Positions 57,276 through 64,000 of a stretch of DNA of 64,000 nucleotides are shown here, piece by piece. This DNA comes from Longimicrobiales bacterium. Its GTDB lineage: Bacteria; Gemmatimonadota; Gemmatimonadetes; Longimicrobiales; Gaopeijiaceae. Location: positions 288,001 through 352,000 of the forward strand of contig CBDCNQ010000005.1 of assembly GCA_965219445.1 (NCBI GenBank), read 5' to 3'. The notes under the pieces were generated by a model that saw only the letters and a list, made by a program, of their open reading frames with translations, made no database searches and had not been told where the DNA came from. Every line of letters starts with the position of its first letter. Positions within the stretch are counted from its first letter, which is position 1. Made by a program: the position numbers and the translations under genes.

Positions 57276-57545
57276 CTACCGCTGATTGGCCCGGATCCAG
57301 CGACGCCGATCAAGGGCGTCCCTACGCGCCTTTGCTCTTCGACGATGGTTCACTTGATCCCGCCTGGTCTCAATGGCGTCCCTACGCGCCTGCGCCCTTC
57401 GTCGATCGTTCACCTGATCCCGCCTGGTCTGAACGGCTTCCCTACGCGCCTGCGCGGCACGCCGATCGGGGTGGACCTGTGCCTGCAAATCGGACGTACC
57501 GAGGATTAGGAAAGCTCCCAACCCGAGAATCGTCATGCGAAGCAT
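57276..57545 (-). CDS. Small secreted Arg-rich protein with 20-aa tandem repeats
   Basis: GAGGAG RBS; signal ends QA|Q; repeat unit AQARRDAxxTRRDQVNxRRR. Confidence 0.65.
   Translation of the reverse strand: MLRMTILGLGAFLILGTSDLQAQVHPDRRAAQARREAVQTRRDQVNDRRRAQARRDAIETRRDQVNHRRRAKARRDALDRRRWIRANQR
57316..57455. repeat. About 2.3 copies of a 60-bp tandem repeat
   Basis: TCCCTACGCGCCT...GTTCAC.TGATCCCGCCTGGTCT recurs with period 60. Confidence 0.85.
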
Positions 57546-57759
57546 CTGAAGCTCCTCAATGAGGGTTCCTGCCTGGGACGATTTCCCAAGCTTGCCCTCA
57601 AGACGAGTCAATCGGCGAAAGGTCACACCTAGTCGCTGGCGGCTGCGCCCCCGTCCGACCCCACGGGGGACCACCGACGATCGCGTTGACTGCCGCCTCC
57701 CGGTATGATAGGCACACCATGCGATCGATGCCCCTTGCTCTTGCTGCCGTGTGTACCGC

Positions 57760-57928
57760 CCCCCGCGTCGACGCGCTCGTGCATCAGATCCTCGAGGCGT
57801 GCCTCGAGAGGAACATCCCGTGTGGCTATCCGATCGTGGCGCGCACGCCCGAAGACGCCGAGCGCGAGACGGCACGACGGCTTCGCGAAGGCTTTACGGT
57901 CCTGGCGGTCATGACCACCGCGCGATAG
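57760..57928 (+). pseudogene. C-terminal fragment resembling HpcH/HpaI aldolase family
   Basis: VHQILEACLERNIPCG...RRLREGF; no credible 5' part. Confidence 0.35.
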
Positions 57929-57958
57929 GCGATAGCTCGATAGGCGATAGAAGGAGGA

Positions 57959-58947
57959 ATGGAATTGAAAAACATCACAAGAGGGCAGCTGATCGGCGGT
58001 GCGATACTTGCCTTCGCCGCGTTCAGGCTCACGGCAGCCGCGCCCGAAGGCGTCTCCCAAGCGGAGTTTGTCGCTCTCGAGGCAGACAAGAAGGTGCTTC
58101 AGCAGCAGCTCGCGACCATGGGCCCCTCCACGGTGGTCCAGGCGGGCCAGCTTTACCCAGTGCAGGAAGCGCCGCAAGCGGCGGGATGGGACACGGAAGA
58201 GTCCAGGAGGGGCGGTCTCCGGCTCTTCGCTACATACGACTCGAGTGGACCAGACGCGTGGGATGTGGCCGCTCACCCCATGGTGTACTTCACCAGCGAG
58301 GGCAGGGGTTACGACCACCGCCCCTCGGAAAGCAACGAGCTCCCAGGCGTGCAGGTTCTGGACGCCTACACGAAGGAGGTCCCATCGATCACGCGATCCT
58401 CCACCCGGACCCGGACGTGAACGAGCTCTGGGTGAGCAGCGCCGGGACTTGGGAGACCATCGTCATCGACCTCAGCACATACCAGGTGAAGGCCCGCATC
58501 CCCTCACCCAACGGTGGAGACACCCACTCAGGCGCGTTCGTCCGGTACACCAGCCCGAACTTCCAGGGGGAACTACTGGCTGACATGGGAGGCTTCAAGT
58601 CTCAAACACTGAGGGACTTACAGCTAGGAATGATCAGGGCGCTCGATACGACGACCGGAGGAGCCGCCCCGGGGCCGGCGATGCCTCCTGCGCCCGAGGA
58701 CATTCTCGCACAGGGACGACTCCTTTTCGAGGCGGGCGCAGGGGGGGTGGGCTGTGCGTACTGTCACGGGCTGGATGGCAGAGGAGAGGGAACCTCAGGG
58801 TCGGGAGCCGTCCCGATCCTCGGGATGGGGGAGTCCCAGATTCGCTCCGCGCTCATGGACGTCTCCGCGATGACCTTCATGGAGCTGACGGACGCCGAGA
58901 TCAGCGCAGTAGTCGCGTATGTCGAATACCTCAGCGAGCAGCGATAG
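57959..58947 (+). pseudogene. Beta-propeller (YVTN-like) plus cytochrome c fusion, internally deleted and frameshifted
   Basis: GGAGG RBS and N-terminus to ...DAYTKEV; frame change near 58380 to DHAILH...ELWVS...PNGGDTHSGAFV...CAYCH. Confidence 0.7.
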
Positions 58948-58951
58948 GGCG

Positions 58952-60937
58952 ATGAGGAAAGACCTGATACTGACGTTGGCCGCGCTCGGTCCTTTCGCTC
59001 TCTTCGGGGGTGAGGTATGGGCTGAGCGCGCACCACGTGGACCGCCGGGGTACGCGCACCCCGGCCTCCAGGGTCGGGCGCCGCAGGTCCACGCCGCGGC
59101 CGATGACGAGGCACCTGGTGCGTCCACTGACGGGGCAGTTCACTACCTCACTATCAACGTGGACATAACGGACTCCGGCATCGAGCCTGCCTCCGTGTTC
59201 ATCCCCATGGGACAGCGAGTGCAGCTCGTGCTCAGGAATCGAGGGACTCTGGAGCACCACTACAGGGTTGTGGGTCTAGTGCCCGGGGAGCTCCGTTGGG
59301 CCTCTGGACCCAACGAGGTCGCGCAAGGTGCCGTTTCGGATGAGGGCGATCACTCCCACCATGCCGCCGACTTCACGGCATGGAGGGCCACGTCCCCCGC
59401 AGGAATAGGGCTCACCGGTGACGAGGTCCATGCCTACGCTCCGCCGGGGAGTGGGATGGACGTCGTCCACTTCACTGCGACGAATGCCGGGACCTTCGTG
59501 GTCCAGTGCCCGGGGCACGGAAAGACGCTCGGGAAGGTTACGGTATTCGACAGCTCGGGTGAGGCGCCCACGCCCGACTCCGCGACTGGAGCTGGGCCTC
59601 AGGCCCACGCCCTGACCAGAAGCCTCGGCGTCCTGGACTACCCGACCGTTTCGGGTGTGAAGGCGGAGGCCATATACGCTACTCCGGAGTACGTGAGGCA
59701 GGCGTTCGGGCCGGCCGGAGTCCACGAGTTGGAGCCCGACCGGTATCTGACAATCCTGATGACGGAACGTCTCCACATTGGCGAGCTGCCGGCCGATGTG
59801 GCGCCTCCCGAGCTGCAGATCAGCGATAGGCCCTTGCCCCTCGTGGACCGACGGATCATTGCCGACTCTCCCCACCACCGGGTGACCGCATACCGATTCA
59901 CTCGTAAGGCAGGTCCAGCACAGGGCCACCAGGTGATGTCCTTCAGCCTCGCCTCAGGACAGCGGGCCATTTGGCACCTCCCCATACTCGGGTTGGATGG
60001 TGGGGCCGCGGCCGCGGCCGGGGCGCGCCTTGGGCTCGGCGGCCAGTGGGGATTAATCCTGGCTCTCCTGGGCGGGATGCTTGCCGCCATGTGGCCCTGT
60101 CTATTCCAGCTCACCGTCTACTTCATTCCGGCGCTGGCCGGCGTGGCCACGCAGGATGGCGGCGGTCCCACGACCTTGGGGCACAGGTCACGAGTGCTGC
60201 GCGCGGCCTCCTTCTTCATCCTTGGCTTCACCGTGGTCTATACGATGGCCGGAGCCATCATAGGCTTCGGGGCGCAGCAGTTTGGCGATACTGCCGGGTT
60301 CGAGGTATGGCAGCGGTACCTTGGCATTGGCGCCGGTGCCATCGTCATCGTCCTCGCGCTTCGGATCGCCGCCAGGATGCGGGCACCGCTCGTCTGCAGG
60401 ATGCCAGTGCTGTCCGGAATGGCCCGGGCCGACAAGCCCGCGAATCCTATGGAGATGATGTTGGCCGGACTGGCGTTCGCCACGGGATGCATGACTTGTT
60501 TCGGGTCCGCGCTTGTGGTGGCCATGGTGGTTTACGTGGGAATGGGCCAGTCGGCCCTCTATGGAGCCCTGGTACTCTTCATCTTCTCGCTGGGCATGGC
60601 CGTTCCCCTGGTAATTGCGGCCATAGCCATGGCCCGGGTGCTCCCGCTCCTGTTCAGGCTGGAAAGGCTGGTTCCCTGGATGGGACTGGTCAGCGCTATT
60701 GTGATGATGAGCTTTGGTGCGCTCCTGATGACCGGCAATTACATGGTCATCTCGGAGTGGACGCAGCGCTTGGTCGCAGGCTCGGCATCCCTGACCGGCG
60801 TGACCGATGCCTACATTCCGCTTGGTGCCATCGTTGGGACCATGGCTCTCGTCGGAGCGCTGGGTTGGCTCGGCTGGGAAGGAAGAAGGGAAGCTGCCGA
60901 TGAACGCGTCTCCGGCACCGGTGGTGTCGACGGCTAG
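58952..60937 (+). CDS. Cupredoxin-like domain plus CcdA/DsbD-type membrane domain fusion
   Basis: Signal peptide; LVLRN...EHH and GTFVVQCPGH; multi-TM part with WPC and CMTC. Confidence 0.75.
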   Translation: MRKDLILTLAALGPFALFGGEVWAERAPRGPPGYAHPGLQGRAPQVHAAADDEAPGASTDGAVHYLTINVDITDSGIEPASVFIPMGQRVQLVLRNRGTLEHHYRVVGLVPGELRWASGPNEVAQGAVSDEGDHSHHAADFTAWRATSPAGIGLTGDEVHAYAPPGSGMDVVHFTATNAGTFVVQCPGHGKTLGKVTVFDSSGEAPTPDSATGAGPQAHALTRSLGVLDYPTVSGVKAEAIYATPEYVRQAFGPAGVHELEPDRYLTILMTERLHIGELPADVAPPELQISDRPLPLVDRRIIADSPHHRVTAYRFTRKAGPAQGHQVMSFSLASGQRAIWHLPILGLDGGAAAAAGARLGLGGQWGLILALLGGMLAAMWPCLFQLTVYFIPALAGVATQDGGGPTTLGHRSRVLRAASFFILGFTVVYTMAGAIIGFGAQQFGDTAGFEVWQRYLGIGAGAIVIVLALRIAARMRAPLVCRMPVLSGMARADKPANPMEMMLAGLAFATGCMTCFGSALVVAMVVYVGMGQSALYGALVLFIFSLGMAVPLVIAAIAMARVLPLLFRLERLVPWMGLVSAIVMMSFGALLMTGNYMVISEWTQRLVAGSASLTGVTDAYIPLGAIVGTMALVGALGWLGWEGRREAADERVSGTGGVDG

Positions 60938-61707
60938 ATTTTCCGCCAGCTTTGCGTTGGGGACTTCTGTGGTCGCCAGCCGTAATAGGGATGCCGCGCC
61001 AATAGACGGGGGTTGCGGAAGGGGGCGATCAGGATCGCGCCCGCGGCAAAACCCCCGATGTGCGCCCAAAAAGCGACGCCGCCGCCCTGCGCACCCAATG
61101 TGCCCAGCCCGCTCAAGAACTGCACCAAGAACCAATAGCCGAGCATCAGTGCCGCAGGAACGGCAATCGTAGTGATGTAGAATCCGATGAAGATGAGCAT
61201 GTGCACGTGTACCCTCGGATACAGAAGCACGTATGCGCCCATCACACCGCCAATCGCCCCTGAGGCCCCGACCATCGGTACGGCCGATTCGGGATTCGTG
61301 GCGATCTGGAGGCCCGCCGCGGCCAAGCCGCACAGCAGGTAGAACCCGACGAAGCGAAGGTGCCCCATCGCGTCCTCCACGTTGTTACCGAAGATCCAGA
61401 GGAACCACATGTTACCGATGAGATGGAACCAGCCTCCGTGCAAAAACATCGACGTGATCGCCGTCGGCCAGGTCGAAGTGTCGCCCGTGACGCAGGCCAC
61501 GCCCGGCCCGACGGGGAACTGAGTGCCTGCCGGAACCGTCTGCAGCAACTCCCCTGGAATGAGGCCAAGACGACAAACCGACGTGAAGAGCGCTGGCTCC
61601 ATGCCCGCACCCTGCAAGTAGAACCAGGCCAACGCGTTGCAGGCCACAATAGCGTACGTGGTATACGGCCGCAGAATCTGTGGATTGTCGTCTCGTATCG
61701 GGAACAT
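60934..61707 (-). CDS. Rhomboid family intramembrane serine protease
   Basis: MFLHGGWFHLIGNM, GASG and AHIGGF. Confidence 0.93.
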   Translation of the reverse strand: MFPIRDDNPQILRPYTTYAIVACNALAWFYLQGAGMEPALFTSVCRLGLIPGELLQTVPAGTQFPVGPGVACVTGDTSTWPTAITSMFLHGGWFHLIGNMWFLWIFGNNVEDAMGHLRFVGFYLLCGLAAAGLQIATNPESAVPMVGASGAIGGVMGAYVLLYPRVHVHMLIFIGFYITTIAVPAALMLGYWFLVQFLSGLGTLGAQGGGVAFWAHIGGFAAGAILIAPFRNPRLLARHPYYGWRPQKSPTQSWRKI

Positions 61708-62328
61708 TCAATCTTGCCTGAGCGCCAAGCCTAAGCTGCTTCTTCGATGTCGTTTTCTTCGGCGCGGCCTTCTTCCGAGAATCCACGCTTGGTAAGATCA
61801 AGCGATTGCTCCTGTCGCGATAGCTTGCGCCTGTGCGCGTGCTGAGTTTCTGAGGTCACGGGCATCGATTACGTTGTGCGCTATGGTTGGTCAAAACAAA
61901 CCGGCGCTCGTGGCGCTACGCACTCGGCGCCAAATAGTGATCGACGCACTGTCGACGCACGGGAGCTAGATGTGACAAATGAAGAAGAGGACGGACCCGA
62001 AGTCGTTGCTCTTCCACCGCTCATTTATCTGGCATTTCTGCTCATGGGACTTGCCATGGATTACTTTCGTCCGGTGACGGTTTTGCCGGACAGTGTTCAG
62101 TACATCGCCGGATTTGCCATCATCGCGCTGAGCGGAGTGATCGTCGTTTCGGCGGTTCTTCAGTTTCGGAAAGTCAGCACCAGTTTTAGCACCTTCGAGC
62201 CCGCCACTCACCTTGTGACAAGAGGTCCGTACCGGTTGTCGCGCAATCCCGGCTACCTAGCCTTGAGCTTGCTCTATGTCGCGCTAAAGGGAACCGGTCC
62301 CGGTTTCCTGGACAAGTGGGCGGCGTAA

Positions 62329-63210
62329 TCAGGCCGCCATGCGGGTGAGCTGCTCGCGGACCTCGGCCGGGGTCTTGTGGCCGTGCCGCTCGATGAGCCA
62401 ACCGCGGTTGTAACGCTCGATGAAACCTCCGATCACCGTCCTCGCCTCCTCCAGGCTCTCAAAGTCGTGCAGGTAGAGGCACTCTTCCTTCAACGTCCTG
62501 ATGAACCGCTCGATCACGCCGTTGCACTCGGGCTCGCCGACGTAGGAGGCCGTCGAGCGGATGCCGAGCCAGGCGAGTTCGCCCTGGAACTGGTGTGCGG
62601 TGTACTGGGGACCCCAGTCGTGTCGTAGCCCGAGGCCGAGCGCGATCTTCGGAGCGTAGCCGTCCATGTAGGTCCTCACACCCTGACGGATCGGCTCGAG
62701 CGCCGCCCACCGGTCACCCTTCTTCGCGACGTGCCAGCCGACGACATCGCTCACGCAGTGGTCGACGGCCCCGAAGAACCAGCACCAGCCGTCGGCCTTC
62801 GTATAGAATCTGGTCGCATCCGTGCCCCACAGCTCGTTGGGCGTGTCCGTCGTGATTCGGCCGCTGTGGCTGCGGTCGCCCCGGGGATGCCTTCCCTTAC
62901 GCACCGGCGCCAGGAGTCGGTTCTCTCGCATGAGCCTCAGCACCCTGTTCTTGCCCACCCAGATCCCCTTGGGCCGCAGCCGTACCCTCACCTTCCGGTG
63001 CCCCTCGCCGAGGAAGTCGCTCTCCTCGAGTACCTGCCGGATCTCTTCCACCAAGGCCTCGTCGCTCAGCTCCGTTTTGGGGCCCCGCTTCTTCGGCTCC
63101 CTCGACTCATCGTTGCCTCGCTCCTCAGCCTGGTAGACCGTCGAGCGAGCGATGCTCCAGACCTCGCAGATCATCGTCAGCGGGTAGCGCCGTCCCGTCG
63201 CCGGACTCAT
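62329..63210 (-). CDS. DDE transposase OrfB (rve core)
   Basis: WGTD, RHD.G.QY and ERFIRTLKEE. Confidence 0.92.
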   Translation of the reverse strand: MSPATGRRYPLTMICEVWSIARSTVYQAEERGNDESREPKKRGPKTELSDEALVEEIRQVLEESDFLGEGHRKVRVRLRPKGIWVGKNRVLRLMRENRLLAPVRKGRHPRGDRSHSGRITTDTPNELWGTDATRFYTKADGWCWFFGAVDHCVSDVVGWHVAKKGDRWAALEPIRQGVRTYMDGYAPKIALGLGLRHDWGPQYTAHQFQGELAWLGIRSTASYVGEPECNGVIERFIRTLKEECLYLHDFESLEEARTVIGGFIERYNRGWLIERHGHKTPAEVREQLTRMAA

Positions 63211-63578
63211 TCGCTGCCGCGCTTCAAGAGCTTCTTCAGGTCGTCCCCGTAGCCCCTTTTTTCGAGGAGCTCGCTCGCGAGCTCCATCCGCATCGTCACC
63301 TCGCCCAGCTTCGCCCGGGTCCGGATCAGCTCACGTTCCCCGGGATCGCGGCTACGGCGTTTCAGACCTTGCTGACCTCCCTCCAGGAACACGCGCCGCC
63401 ATTCCTCGAGCTCCGCAGGCGAGACCTGGACCTCACGGCTCACTTCGCCCAGGTCCTCCCCGCGTAGCAGTCGCAGCACCACCTCCGTCTTCTGCCCCGC
63501 GCTCCAACGCTTGGGCAGCTCCGCCCTTCCTTCACGACCTTCGGTCGCTTTCGACTCCCCAGGCTTGGGAGACATCAA
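63207..63578 (-). CDS. Transposase OrfA (HTH)
   Basis: RWSA..KTEVVLRLLRGEDL..VSRE; ATGA overlap with orfB. Confidence 0.88.
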   Translation of the reverse strand: MMSPKPGESKATEGREGRAELPKRWSAGQKTEVVLRLLRGEDLGEVSREVQVSPAELEEWRRVFLEGGQQGLKRRSRDPGERELIRTRAKLGEVTMRMELASELLEKRGYGDDLKKLLKRGSE

Positions 63579-64000
63579 AACACCCCCTCTCTCTGGACCC
63601 CATCGTCGCTGCCAATCTACTGTCCAGAGAAATCGGGGGCGCTAAAGTGATAGGAGTGGCGGCGGACAACTTGTGGATCGTCGCCGGTCTTGTTCCGATC
63701 CTGATTGTCATGCATTACGGAGTGATATTCCGCGAAGAGCAGTACTTGGAGAGAGCGTTCGGCGAAGAGTACGTTCGGTATAAAGCCTCGGTGCGCCGCT
63801 GGCTTTGATCCGGCCACCATCGCGCGACTGAGCGCGAACGCATCCTACCGAGTCAGCGCGCCGTCTCCGATCCAAAAGCGTGGCCCCGGACCGTAACGAG
63901 CTGCGCGGTCGGCAGGGTTCGCGAGGCGGCAGCGTTCAAGTGAGAGACAGCCGCACCCGATGCATTCGGTAAGGCCAACTTTGAGGCGCTCGAGCTCGGC

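Larger units (their letters stand above)
62290..63646 (-). mobile_element. IS3-like insertion sequence (about 1.36 kb)
   Basis: orfA/orfB pair; imperfect terminal IRs GGAACCGGTCCCGGTTTCCTGGACA and TTTAGCGCCCCCGATTTCTCTGGACA. Confidence 0.85.
61972..63808 (+). pseudogene. Isoprenylcysteine carboxyl methyltransferase-family gene interrupted by an IS
   Basis: The 5' part PPLIY...GPYRLSRNPGYL..LLYV (to 62280) continues at 63647 as VIGVAADNLW...EEQYL..FGEEY..Y..VRRWL*. Confidence 0.88.

Noticed and set aside
57316..57455. CRISPR-like periodic repeat
   Set aside because: The whole 60-bp unit is repeated with no unique spacers, it is in frame with a protein repeat, and there are no cas genes.
61730..61801. 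Lys-rich KKAAPKKTTSKK reading on the minus strand
   Set aside because: Too short and has no credible start; at most a gene-tail remnant.

Overview
High-GC bacterial accessory region, most likely from a Gemmatimonadota genome. That placement is inference from the MxDPVxRLNAALEGRY-type Ser/Thr kinases, DUF5916/CBM9 protein, many PQQ dehydrogenases and Tat-exported catabolic enzymes. The window has no rRNA, no intact tRNA and no CRISPR array. Its cargo is mostly secreted or periplasmic catabolic and redox enzymes, plus a VapBC-type toxin-antitoxin pair, two DUF222-HNH copies and an IS3-like element interrupting a methyltransferase gene. The most striking unexplained structure lies between about 26 and 56 kb. 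There, the promoter plus first 6-30 codons of one Ser/Thr kinase family recur at least 9 times, all on the + strand: two full kinases, one internally collapsed kinase and six or more stubs. They sit at the junctions between unrelated cargo blocks. In three cases the stub mini-ORF stops at or overlaps the start codon of the next cargo gene. Both DUF222-HNH copies lie next to kinase 5' ends. I propose, as inference, a kinase-anchored cassette array. Other notable items are a twice-repeated Tat-flavoprotein plus Cys-motif partner module, an FHA-GGDEF gene between the kinases, possible tRNA-Pro fragments bracketing about 25 kb, and several genes with large internal deletions.
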